Source of the DNA: Chlorokybus atmophyticus
Taxonomy: Eukaryota > Plantae > Mesostigma and Chlorokybus algae
Assembly (NCBI GenBank): GCA_009103225.1
Contig: RHPI01003369.1
Span: 1,161,490 to 1,225,489, forward strand
DNA length: 64,000 nt
Reading direction: 5' to 3'
Positions 10,650 to 23,494 of this stretch are shown here, piece after piece. The translations under genes were made by a program, and so were the position numbers. Each line of letters begins with the position of its first letter. Positions within the stretch are counted from its first letter, which is position 1. Below the pieces are notes generated by a model. That model searched no databases. It worked only from the letters and a program-made list of their open reading frames with translations, and was not told the origin of the DNA.

Positions 10650-13238
10650 ATGGTTCTCGAAGCGACCATGATCTGCATTGATAACAGCGAGTGGATGCGC
10701 AACGGCGATTTTGCGCCGACCAGGATGCAGGTGCGTGTGCAGGTTGTGCTGCGGTTGGGCAGCTAGAAGATTGGATAAACAATCACTGATGTGGCTGTAT
10801 GTATATTTAAGGAGTCGTCAGTCAGTTTCAAGGCAGCTGTTTCAGCTTTGTCGCGCAATTGCAGAGTGGCTGCTTGTAGGTTGGGCGTCGTTTATTGGAC
10901 GCTATGCTTGTGCGAGGTTTGGTGTGATTGCTTGAAGTCATGTAGCAAGCCGACTGGAGTTGTGTCGGGTACAGCTGTCCTGGCGCAGTTAGCATGAAGT
11001 ACACAGCTGCGAGTGTTCTGTTTCGTTATACTTGATGCTGCATAAGCAGGTTTTGTTTGCATCATTTGTTTCGAGGCATGCTAGAACAAGCTGGTCGCGT
11101 ACGACCTTGTGTTCGAAACGATCGTTATGGACAGTTGGGCGTTGTTAACGCCGTTCTCTTTTCACAGTCAGTAGGCATGCCAGTTCACTGTCACATGCAA
11201 CGATGCCTCGCCAGATTGCCACTTGCTGCAAATCGCCGTTCCTGTCCTGAGGGGGCGCAGTTTGCTTGTATCCATGCTATCCTGTTGTAGGATTCTGCGT
11301 CATGACTACGCCACGCTACTTCTGCAACAGTGTAACAATAGATTTTCTCAATACTCGTAGTCATTACAGTGCACTACGATGCAGTACAGCATGATATGTT
11401 GCAACACAACGCAATACAATACAACATTATTCAAACGTTTCGTATATTTGCTTTGTATCTGCGCAGGCACAGGCAGGCATGTTACAACATAACACAATAC
11501 AATGATATGAAAACGTTTTGTATTTGCGCTCTCTATCTGCGCAGGCACAGGCAGATGCTGTCAACCTGATCTGCGGAGCGAAGACGCAGTCAAATCCTGA
11601 GAACACTGTTGGGGTTATGACGCTGGCAGGGAAACAGATACGCGTGCTTGTCACGCCAACTGCAGATCTTGGCAAGGTGCAGTTTGCGTTGGTGTTGGTG
11701 CGATGCGACACCACATGACACTATGCAGCGAGTTGCAGAGTAGACGATGCATATGTGTGCAGGTGCTTTCATGCATGCACGGGGTTGAAGTAGAGGGGGA
11801 GATCAATGTTGCAAACGGCGTGCAAGTTGCGCAACTTGCTCTCAAGCACCGGCAGAATAAGAATCAGCGACAGCGCATTGTGCTTTTCACTGGGAGGTAT
11901 CGTTGTTGACAATATACACCGGTATTAGTGCTCTTAATCCCTCTGCGCCCTGGCAACTGAGTGAAACTGCGCAGAGGTTCTGGTGTTTTTTGTTGGACAT
12001 TTATTGAAGTGCGCTAGTCGATCTGCACATGGCTGATATTGATGTCTTTTCAGCCCGCTCAAAAGTGATGCGCAAGCGCTGGTACGCATCGGCAAGAAGT
12101 TGAAGAAAAACAATGTTGCTGTGGATATTGTCTCCTTCGGTGGCGATGATGAAGCTGGCAATCAGGAAAAGCTGGAGGCATTTTTGGGTGCAGTCAACTC
12201 GAATGACAACAGCCACCTTGTCACTGTTCCCACAGGCCCGCACCACCTTTCTGATGTCCTGCTTTCGTCACCAGTATTCACCGCAGATGCTGAAGGCGGA
12301 GGTCAGTTGGTGTTGCTTCTCATCATCTGCATAGTGTGCGCCCATCAGAGCCCGCTTGCAACTCATGAATGCATATGATGCCATCATCTTATGTTTGTGT
12401 GTACATTCCACCAACACTTTCGTGTCAGCAGGTGCATTTGCGGCAGCTGCTGCTGGGGGTGCTGGCTATGAGTTTGGTGTCGACCCCAATTTGGATCCTG
12501 AACTTGCGCTTGCCTTGCGAGTCTCTATGGAGGAGGAACGCGCTCGACAGGAAGCGGCAGCTTCGCGTGAGACGCAACCAGCTGGTGGTACAAATGCCGC
12601 TGGCGACACTTCCATGCAGGTCAGTGACTGGTGTCCTTCATTGGCAGGATTAGCTGTTGTTCTGTGGTCTTATAATCCATCCTTATCCCCTTCATTAGGA
12701 GGTTGCCGAACATGCACCTGCATTGGCCCAACCAGCAGCTGTCCAGCAACCAGCTGCCGCTCAGCAACCAGCTGCCGCTCAGCAACCAGCTGCCGCTCAG
12801 CAACCAGCCGCTGCTCAGCAACCAGCTGGAGGGGATGCAATTCCCATGGACGATGAGGATGCGTTGCTGCAACAAGCGTTGGCTATGTCTATGGCAGAGC
12901 AAGACACGTCTATGGGTGAAGCTGCCGGAGACGCCGATTTGGCTGCCGCGTTGCAGATGTCTGTTGAGGTGAGTTACAATCTGTCCAGGCAGGATCATAT
13001 GTGCTTCGCATGCTTGCATGTTGTACTAATGCATTTGTCTACACACATAAAGGCCGATTCACGCAAGGGTACTGATGGCCAGAAAGCAGAGTCAGGAGCG
13101 CAGGATTCCTTAAGCGATCCAAACTTCCTAAACTCAGTTCTAGCATCCCTACCTGGTGTTGACCCGAACGACCCAGCCGTCAAGGATGCTGTGGCTAAAC
13201 TGCAAAAGGACGATGAACAGCAAGACAAAAAAGAGTAG
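10650..13238 (+). CDS. RPN10: 26S proteasome ubiquitin receptor RPN10/PSMD4 (vWA domain + UIMs), multi-exon
   Basis: [27 protein letters not shown]|[63 protein letters not shown]. UIMs [27 protein letters not shown] and [13 protein letters not shown]-terminal [13 protein letters not shown]. Confidence 0.97.
11389..11554 (+). repeat. Diverged tandem duplication (about 88 + 78 bp) spanning the RPN10 intron 1 acceptor and the first 10 nt of exon 2
   Basis: TATCTGCGCAGGCACAGGCAG ends both copies (at 11476 and 11554), and the upstream CA-rich text is alignable. Confidence 0.8.
12729..12827 (+). repeat. 18-nt coding tandem repeat (about 5.5 copies) encoding (QPAAAQ)n in RPN10
   Basis: CAACCAGCTGCCGCTCAG units are directly visible. 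Confidence 0.95.
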
Positions 13239-14652
13239 CTGCTGCTGTGCATTGACTAGAGTCATTGCAAATGTTGCAGTAGTACAAAGATGTGCTGCCA
13301 AGTGAAGTTGATGGCGCCTCAACATGTGCGGAGAGCGGTGCAGCCATGGCAATTGCATGCCAACATTGTTTGGGGTTGATCGCGAGCTGTCTGACTGGTG
13401 TTCATGGTTGCCGTGGTAGTGGGCACTGGCACGTCATGCCAACAGCTCTTGTGTTGTTGACCTATTAAAACTGTGTACAGATGCGCACATGTCGAGTTGT
13501 TCTGCGCTGCTGCCTCACCACAACCCGCACAGCCACATGAGCAGGTGATCCCCAATCTATGCATATGGTAAAATAGAGGGTCCCCCAGCAGTAGGACATA
13601 CACACGCATCACACATCATGCAAGCACAACCAATAGCAGCAACTCTAATACAACAACCCTAACGCTGAGGGGGTGGGGCAGTAGGCATAGTTTTGAGGTG
13701 AGAGGTAGTAAAGTAGGTAGCTGGAGAGTGTGTGCCTAGCCCGGTGGTCGGGAGGTAAGCGTCTGTGCGAAGCTAGGTGTCTCGCGCTTGATGGTTTCAT
13801 GCTTACGACATCATAGTACAGCTAGTCAGATTGTTCAACAATGCATTTGGTAACGTCGGGTAATAATGATACAAGGCAATATGGACCCAAAGTTGTTGTC
13901 GTGCATCTTCTGCAATTCAACTTCTATGCACTACGCACATGCCCCACCTCCCACCCCACCAAGCGACTGACAGCCCTTCCCCCACACCTCCGCTACTGCC
14001 ATCACCAGCTCTCATACCACCAGCACACACCCCTCATTGCATACTTTGTACACCTCACCACCATTGCCAGCTGCTGGTGGAGCCTGACGTGCTGCTGACC
14101 AGCACAGCAAGAAGAACGTTGACGTAGGGCAGGGACCCTGCCCTGCGTTGAGCAGGCGGAGATTGAATGAGGACTCTAGCGGACCTAAGACTGGGTTATG
14201 CAACCAAGGAGGCGGGGGAGGAAAGGGATAGCGAGCAGTCCGCACCTTGTCTTTGTCTGGCTGCTCTGAAGACTGAACAGCTGCTGGTTGTGCAGGTAGA
14301 TCAGCACCTCTGCACATGCATGCACGTCCGAGGGGCAGGACAGGTAGTGGTAGTGCAGTTGCTGCGTGGGTAGCGACTGCTAGCCCGGTCGCACTCTGGC
14401 AATGTGACAAGGTGTGCTCCATGTGCATGCAGCAGCACAATCATATGCGCAACAGCGCAAGCAAAGCAGCACGGCATACCTTGTGTACACACAGCAACAC
14501 GCACACAGACACCCGCCATGTACCACCCACATATCAGCATGTACACAGCACACTGTCGCATGCAATGTGTCTGCGTCTGCGCAGCTCGCCAGCTATTGCA
14601 GTGTGAGCCCCCACGCATGCGTCCGCCGTGTGTGTGGTGGTGGTGGTGGGGG

Positions 14653-14713
14653 NNNNNNNNNNNNNNNNNNNNNNNNNNNNNNNNNNNNNNNNNNNNNNNN
14701 NNNNNNNNNNNNN
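14653..14713. other. Assembly gap (N run) flanked by G tracts
   Basis: 61 N. Confidence 0.99.
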
Positions 14714-15082
14714 GGGGGGGGGAGGGACTCATGAGACAGCAACGATCATGCGGACACTTTGCCACTAGGCTGTGTAAATGTCGTATGCTTAGGGTATAGG
14801 GATCCAGCATAACCGGCTTGTCTTTGCATGTTGTTAGTGAGGGCTTGCTCCAATCTTGACAACATTGACTACTACAAAACTAGGCAAAACGATGTTGAGC
14901 TGCACACGTGCAACAATAAGTTGATAAAAAAAACAGATATGGCTGGGTGATGTCTTCACAACAGGTAGCTTTGTTTACTGTACACCGTCTTTGGAAGTGC
15001 TGTTTGTGTGGTTACGTTCAATTTGGACTACAGTATAATGTACACACCACTAACTTCACTAGCCAGCAGGTAACTAGCGTAG

Positions 15083-16831
15083 TCAGGGAACATCTTCCGC
15101 CCTCATTATCTCCGGTTTCTGCTGTGTAATGCGCTTGCTGTGCAGCTCTGCCATGGTCTTTCGCATAGACATCAGGGCCTCATGACGTCGCGTACTCGAG
15201 GCAAGTGCAGCTTGCACAGGCTTCAACATAGCCTGCTTTGGCAACAGATGTTGACACACCAGGCATCATACCAGTGATTGGAGCTGTACTACATTTCCCA
15301 ATGCATACCTCCCAAACTTGAGGCGAGTGACTGAAGTCGCGAATCCAGCTGATGTCTTTATCAACTGTTGACAACTGCCGAGCGTGTTGTTCTTGCGAGG
15401 CGCGCTGCAAGAGCTCCGCAAAATCCGCCTGCGATAAAGTGTGAGCAGCTCACACGACAACACAATCCCCGTCAACGCTGACTTTACCCGTGAAGAATAA
15501 ATCTCAAACCTGGCTGGCAGTTTCCACGGCGATGCTGTTTGCTGCAAAGGGCTCTTGAAGCCTTGCTACTAGCCAGTCCTGATGAAACCACCACAGTCAA
15601 AACACAGTCAAAACACACACATCAGGGAGTGTTTGACACAATTCACACCCACCTTGTTTTCAGTGGCAAGTTCAATGGAAGCACGCGACTGCGAGAGTGC
15701 TACTGCCTTTTGCTGCAGTGAGGACGCACGCAGCAGATGTGCGGCCTTTGCATCCTCCTGATGTGCAAAAGGATGAGTAGTTGTACACATGCGCCATCAC
15801 TCAAGACGTGCAAAAGAGTTTGCTCCCATCTCTCACCGTGCGAGTCCTCAACTCGGATCGCAGCGCTACTAGCTTGCGATGCATTTCGTTTGCGCTGCTG
15901 AGCATATCTACAAGATGCCGCTTTTTGGACTCCGACACTGCATCAGCTCCATTGTATGTGTTTGCAGCCTGCAACAACCACAACACAACATGTTACGAAA
16001 CACGACATCTGTGCCGCTTCTGGCGCAAGTGCATTGTTCATAACAATCCTGCAGCTTTCATTCACCACACGGGTATGTTACCTAGGCTTGTTAAACGTGA
16101 GAAAACACAATGCCTCACGTCAACAATAGTAGCACGAGCGTGTAAGTACACGTCAACATCACCTCGATAGGCTTGCATTGAAAATGAGGCAGCGAGGACA
16201 ACTGACAAGCAGTGGGGACTCTCGGAATCTAACCGCCAGAGGAAGGAGCAACACTATTGCAGGGATTGAGCGTAACCAACATATACACATGTACGAACGT
16301 ACACCCAACACAAATTAAAGAAAGAAAGAAAGAAAAATGACAAGTCTAAGCAGCGCCGACTAAACAACTGAGACCCATGTATACTCTTGCACGCAACTGA
16401 CCAGATGACCTCAGCTGCTGTCATGGCTTTTGCACGCATTTGGGGCAACATCAAACGACACCACGTGCAAAGCCTAGCTTTGTACGTGGCGTTAACTGTG
16501 GCTTCATGCCGACCACAACCAGCATATTGCCACTTACAGCTTCAACACCATGATGCTGAGTCTCACCCAAAGCAGATTGGATCAACCTGATAAATACAAC
16601 AAGCGACGGTCACGTACTGTAGTTCAAGCAAGCGACAACCTCAACACAACACTACCGCAAACAGCACCCACTGCTAGCCGATTGCAGCACCTTGTACTCG
16701 CCGTCCCCAACCGGCTGGCCTGCCGTCGGGGCACCGGCTGGCGAGCAGTGGGCAAACATCTCCCCTGACGCCGCTGACAACGACGGCACGCCCACAGAAG
16801 ACGCAAGCTCCAGCGCCGCCTTCGCCGCCAT
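15083..16831 (-). CDS. AUG2: Augmin/HAUS complex subunit 2 (multi-exon, coiled coil)
   Basis: MAAKAALELASSVGV..., LVDMLSSANEMHRKLVALRSEL, AAHLLRASSLQQKAVAL and DFAELLQRA...DISWIRDFSHSPQVWE|AMLKPVQAALASSTRRHEALMSMRKTMAEL parallel plant AUG2 as I recall it (FSELLMKAA...FQWSQNFKEPPSVWGEMLRPIPVALASCTRFFEAMSAMRE). Internal exon boundaries are approximate. Confidence 0.75.
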
Positions 16832-17179
16832 CAGCACCACCACCAACAACAACCACCTCTGCAGCAACACTGAGCTGAGAGAGAGCTTATCACACTTTGA
16901 AAAAGCTGCTGCTGACTCGAAAAACGCACACACGAAACGGTAAAAAACACGGACTTGGCGAGTTTGAAATCCAACCGCAGCAATGCACTCCATAGACGTG
17001 CCTGTAAAACACTTGCTGACGGATTCAAGTCTATGTTTCCTTGCTACAAGCTTGCAGAGCACACTTGTCGCTGCTGTTGCGGCCGCGGCGGTGGCGTCTG
17101 TGTCGTCTGGGGTGTCGGCGTTGGGTGGGGTTGGTGGAGAACAAGGATTTGTGTACTCGGTACGTGTGGTAGGCTGATC

Positions 17180-19972
17180 ATGGGTCGGACGTGGCGGACA
17201 GCTTGCGTCAGCAGCTCTGTGCTGCTTGTGGCTTGGGTTGTGGTTGTGCTGGTGGTTAAGGCTGCCGCAGTCGAATCACTGGAGGGTAGGGCCCAGCAGC
17301 TGCTTTGCGCTGATGGTGGGACGCAATGTCGGCCTAATCGGAGGCACCACCGTCCGCTGCCGGAGGAGAGAATGACCACGGTGGGCACCATTCTCTTCTG
17401 CAAGTTGCTCGCTAGCAGTCACTCAGTCCAGTAAGTTGTCGGATTTAAATGCTAGTTCCTTCCTTCATGTCAATTCGATTTCACATCATAGTCTCGCGAT
17501 GTAGCAGATATGGCATCGCTTCTTGATGAAAACGGTGCACATGTATTGATCTCAGATGCTGCCCGTCGTCGTAAGTTGGAAGTTGAAGCATTCAAGTAAC
17601 ACAGATATGGCGTCTTTTCCTGTGAGATATGGTGCGCATGGGCTCGCTGTCGTTTAATACCAGGCAAGTTTAGTGTTGAGCATCAAATCAATCATGACGT
17701 GGAACTGCAATGGGTGTTAGTTGGCGTGCGATCATATGTCAGCGCTGAGTCCTTCATCTGTAACAGTTCAGTCAACGCTGGTTTGAACATTGCTGAGGCA
17801 GCATAGAGCAAGCAAGGGAGATTGTTGTTTGCTAAACGCTATTCCTTGTACTTTTCACAGTGCATACAACCTAAGCTATCAGTTAGTCCGCGGCTTTTAC
17901 TGACCAGCTGCTATTGTGCAGGCTGAAATTCTGCGGTATTACGGGTAAGGATAGCCCTTCACGTTCCAAGCACACCTGTGGATGTACTGCCTGCAAGTTC
18001 ACATCCTCACATGCATGCTATCTCTCAGCTACCCGTGCGAGGAACATGAGGTGGTAACTACCGATGGCTACATTCTGGGCCTGCAGCGCATCACAGCCCC
18101 ACGCGGCAGCAATGCAGGCAGGTCATTAAGGCAGTACACTCTTACACAAGCGCCATGTGACCTTTGACATTTGTCATGTCAAACAAGCACCAAGGCCTGT
18201 GCATGCCACTTGGTGATTGGAATCATATCAACAGATCTGCAACAGCAGAAGAGCAAGCCGATCGTGTTTCTGCAGCATGGACTGCTGGGCTCCAGTGCTA
18301 ACTGGATCATCAACATGCCCGACCAGTCGCTGGGCTACCTTTTAGCTGATGCGGTGCGCAGCCCTTCAATCCTCTGTGCTGCACTTCATGGACTTGACTA
18401 ACATCACCAAGTTGCCAACATGCAGGGCTTTGATGTCTGGCTTGGCAACGTCCGCGGCAATGTGTACTCGATGCGTCACACGAGTTTGTCACCTTTGCAA
18501 GACGAATTCTGGAGGTTCAGGTACGCAGTAACATAAACAGCAACATATGCATCATCAGAGAGCAATGGCACGACTTTGGTGTGGATGCCAACTGGTTTGT
18601 ATGTTTGAAGGATAGTTGGGACGAGATGGCGTTGCTAGATCTGCCCGCCATGCTGGAATATGCAATGGCAACTTCTGGCCGCTCTTCCGTGTACTACATC
18701 GGGTTTTCACAGGTGACAATCGCCAAGAACTAGCTGTATATGTTGGTCTCAATGCTGCAAGTGTAACGTCTCTGAGACATCTGTTGGTGTTTTGCAGGGC
18801 ACTCTGATTGCCTTCGCAGGCTTCTCTGCGAATCACACTTTGGCCGCTAAGGTGGATGCCTTCTTTGCACTGGGACCCGTTGCATATGTTGGGCTGATAA
18901 CTTCTCCCATAGCCAAACTGGCCCCGCTGTCAAAGGTGCACACTCATCACCTGCACAAAGATGTGTGGGTGTGATGTTAGTGACACCACGTACAACATAT
19001 CTGGTGCCAAGATGTGCCTCATCAAGCAAATGTATTCTGCAGAATCCAGAACTGGCGCAGCTGTTACTGGGAAAGAAACAGTTCCTTGCTTCCACTAAGC
19101 TGATGAAGTGGCTTGGCGGGCACCTTTGTTCAGAGGTGATGCTTGTGATGATATCATGAGCCATCACTTCTGTCAACCGGCAAAAGTGCTACACAGTCTC
19201 CAACAAGCACACCATTGTTGTTACATGGGTGCACTGTTGATAGGCACCACTGGTCTGCGAAGACGTGGTGTTTCTCATCAGCGGGTTTCACCAGTCGGCC
19301 GTCAATGCGTCCCGGGTTGCAGTCTATATGAGTCATAATCCAGGTATCTGTCGTTTGTGCTTATTGCATGCAGTCGTTGAGTTCCAGAAATTGACATTGA
19401 CGGAGGTTTTGCAGCTGGAACCAGCGTCCAGAATATCCTCCATTTCGCTCAGAATGTTCAAGACCGCCGCTTCCAAAGATATGACTTTGGCACTCCAGGG
19501 CGCAACTATGATCATTGTAAGCACACCAGCACATCGGCACAGTGTGCGAACATAGCAATCTTTGGTCAGTTACCTTCAATGGGCTATTGTCATGGAGTTT
19601 TCTTAGCAATGCCATTGACTCGCAGATGAACAGCCCATTCCACCTCAATACCACCCGCGCGACATGCCCGTGCCGGTGGCGCTGTACTGCGGCACCAAGG
19701 ACAAGCTGGCGGACATTGCGGATGTTGCGCTCATGAAGCCGGAGCTGCAGCATCTCATCAGCTACAAGGAGATCGAAGGCTATGAGCACGTGGACTTCAT
19801 GTGGGCGATCGGTACGCGTGTACACCTGTTGTCGTGTGTGTATGCTGGTTGACCTGCGTGTAGTGTTCATGCATTATATGGTGCTTGTGTTGTCACAGAT
19901 GCAAGGGAGTTGGTTTACGACGATATTATCAGCTACATCAATGCCCAGGAAGAAACTATAGTCTCTGCCTAA
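17180..19972 (+). CDS. Acid/gastric-type triacylglycerol lipase (abhydrolase-associated lipase region + alpha/beta hydrolase) with N-terminal hydrophobic signal, multi-exon
   Basis: [63 protein letters not shown], nucleophile elbow IGFSQ|GT, acid GTKDKLAD, His in YEHVDFMWA. Confidence 0.93.
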
Positions 19973-20853
19973 GTCAGAGGAGCTCTTTATCTAGTACTCA
20001 TATGTTGGTGGCTAGGTGGAAGTGCACCATACACCCCGCATTTTGCATTACACTTCGGTAGAGAAATTTAGAAGGTTTTTTTTCATGGAACTAGAGACTC
20101 ACAAGTGTTTGGCTCAATTTTGACAACCTGTAAATTACTATGCTGGCACAAAGTGGCAGCATGGGTGTAAAGGTTTAACTTGTGTTCCACACATAAGTGG
20201 CTCGCAAAGGTTTGGTATATCCTTCACCTGAATCGGTTGCTAGTACCTTGCAACATGCGTGTGATGTGTCTGTGTTATTTTACCTTTGAAGTACACCTAC
20301 ACGACCATTCTGAACAGGTGCTAGAGGTGATGACGATGTACAGATTAATGATCAGGAACATTCACTTTCCGCTTCAATTCGAGCAATGTTGTTAGATAGC
20401 TGGCAACATATTCCATCTACCGGTGACAACTCTTTGGACTGCTGCTGCATGCCTTGTGACACATACAGAATGTGAACTTCCTCAAGTAATAACTGTGCAT
20501 TATAGTAACAGAAATTGTTACCAAAGATAGCCGCAGTGTACCAACTGGGTAAACCTGAATATTTACAAATTGATGACCTACCTTCTTTCAGCAATTGATT
20601 TGCAAGACTGCAGCTGCAATGCAGTCGGTGGGCGAGTCAAAATATTTACCTCCGTTCTCACACACGGCAATATGCACGCAAGTGCTTTAACCGTGCGAGT
20701 GTAGTGCAACATCAGCAACTAAGCTTGCATTAATCATCAATTTATAACTACAACACAATTCAACAGTATAAACTACACTCACGCACCAGGTATATCCTTC
20801 AACCCCAACGGCCAAAAACCCAACACTTCTACTGTACACAACACCATTCCCCC

Positions 20854-23494
20854 CTACTGACTCTTCTTCCCGCCTGGCACGGGCGTCCCCGTCTCCCTCT
20901 TCTCGGCCTCGCGCGGCACGTAAAGTAGCCGCAGGAGGAGGTCCTGCAGCTCCGGAGCGAACACGCGCAGCAGCAGGAACGTCGCGCCCCAGGACTGAGA
21001 GGGTGTGAAGTCGAGTTGGTGGGTGGGTGGGTGGGTGGGTGGGGGTGGTGATGCATGCACATGCATGCGCGCAGTGCATGAGAGAACAGGTATACGTGTG
21101 TGCGTGCGTGTCTGCTGCAGGCTAGAGAATTTTGAGAACAGGCCAAAAACAATGCTTACCGGGAATACGAGCAAGCGCTTGCGGGCGAGGGTGGCGTCAA
21201 CCATAGCGAGGGCGAGATCGTCGGGCTCGGAGAGGGGCACTACCCCACCCTTTCTTTGCGCCTGGAGGGTGACAGTAATAGATGGGTCAACCACCAGATA
21301 TCATTACATATATCACTTGTGGTGCGTGAAATATTACCATGATATGGTCAGGGTCATTCATCTGTCGGCCCTCAGGGGTCAAGAAAGTCTTTCCGCCAGT
21401 CATTTCAGACTTCACGAAGCTGTATATATGACAGCACATGTTAGCTGCACACAGACACGCGCAATGATGCTCGCATATACTCAATCTTTCATGCATCGTA
21501 TCTCATCTCACACACATTGCAAAGCAATGAAGAATGTACGCGTGCTGCGTGATATATGTTCTTACCCGGGGCACACGAGTGTAATGCCCACGCTGTCGTT
21601 CAGCTCCACCCTCAGCGTGTCAAAGAAGTTGTAGACGGCCGCCTTCGCACCATTGTAAAGTGACATCCTATCCCAACCAATGATAAGCCACATTTCCAGC
21701 AGATGTACACAGAGCTCAGCCTGAGCAATGTTCAGCGTAGCACGCACACAAGCCACACTTACTTTGGGAAGGCAGTGAAGCTGGCAACGGACCCGGTAAC
21801 AACTATGTGTCCCTTGGCTTTCTTGAGCTCGTCCAAGGCATAGTATGTCGGGTAGATGGTGCCCCACACATCCACGTCATAAGGGTCCCTAAGTCAATCA
21901 CCAAACTCAATGACACATCGCGAGCCACTTGATCCCATCGTGAAGGAACAAGGATGCAAGCATGCAGATCTTGTGTACACACACATACACGTACACACAC
22001 ATGCACACCTGAAGCCCTCGGTGGTCTCGGCCTCCTCAAAGAAGTACATCGAAGCCACGCCTGCGCCAAGGACAAGGATGTCAACACCCCCAAACCGCTT
22101 CACGCAATCTTCCACCATAGCCCTGAGTAAACATCACACACGAGTCACTAACTTCTGTCAAGACACAACAACAACAACAGCAGCAGCAGGAACAACCAAC
22201 TTCTCTCTTACTTGCACTCGTCTTCATGCTTCACGTCTGTTGGCCTAATGGCCACATCAGGAGAACCCAACTCTTTCGCTTCTTGAGCCACATCCTGCGT
22301 GTTAGGTGAATCACTGATGAGGGCATGTTCTTCTCCCCCCTCCGTGAAACATGACAGTGTGGTAAGGGCTTGTGTTGATTTTCAAGCGCACACCTCGAGC
22401 CTCTCCTCACGGCGTGCGCACAAGAAGAGCTTAGCGCCCCTTCTGGCAAACTCCTTTGCCACCTCCTGTGAACAGGATGTATGCGTCAAGTACATTAATA
22501 AGCACGTACATGCGCACAGTCATGCCAGACCCACCCACAGTCATGTGCGTGCGTCCGCCCACGAACACACATGTGTCTTCAACTCACCCTGCAGATGCCA
22601 GAGGAGGCTCCCGTAATAAGGACAACTTTGCCACGGGGGTCAATGACAGGCTTGCGGTGCTTCAACCACCTGCATTTAAACGGTGGTGTTGTTGTTTTCC
22701 CGACCCACACAAACAGGTCACACCACCACAACAACACAGTAGCATAACAGCACACACACACACACACCTATACACCAGCAAGATAGGTGCAGCTGGCAGA
22801 ATTGTTGCAATCGTTGCAGGCCATATGATCCAGTTGAGTGCCGAGTTGGCCGCACCGCGCAGGGAGAAGTTTCTCTTGCCCTCCTGCTTAGCCTCCGGTA
22901 CGTTGACGGCAGTGTTATTGTTGTTGTTGTTATTGTTGTTGGACTCTTTCTTGTCATCTTTCTTCGTGTCAGGCGCGGTGATGGTGCTGCTGTTGCTGCG
23001 GCTGCTGTCCTTGTTGGAAGAGGCCATGGTTGTGGCCTTATGGTACGAGGAGCGGGAGAGGTTGTTGTTGCTGGGGTTGGGAGAGAGTGTGGAGAGAGGG
23101 GAGAAGAAAGGGGAAGCCTGCATGCGTGTTGGGCACATGTGAGAACGAGGTTACGGTCTTGCAGGCAGGTGCATACTGGTGTAGCGTCAATCAGAGCCCA
23201 TGCATGCAAGCACACATACAGCACACTTGCTCCATGCATGCTACACAGGCTCGTAAGAGAATATATGCACGCATGCAACTCGCACATACCAACAGCGACC
23301 ACAAGCAGGCTACTGCTGTTGCATGCAGGCCATCGTAATGCACACTTACCATGTTCCCAGACATGCATAATACGTACCTTGGAGGCTGTGGACAGCAGCC
23401 TGCGGGATGAGGCGGAGGAGACGGGCCTGCTGGCGGCGGCGGAGAGGAAGGTCCTGACGGACAGGGACGACGCTGCTGTTGCGGACGCCGCCAT
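20854..23494 (-). CDS. Short-chain dehydrogenase, 11-beta-hydroxysteroid dehydrogenase/steroleosin-like, with long N-terminal extension (multi-exon)
   Basis: GKVVLITGASSGI Rossmann motif, KEFARRGAKLFLCARREERLE, FGGVDILVLGAG, catalytic YNGAK, FFDTLRVEL. Proline-containing hydrophobic anchor WIIWPATIATILPAAPILLVYR. Exon 1 (23494 to about 23378) is inferred. Confidence 0.88.
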
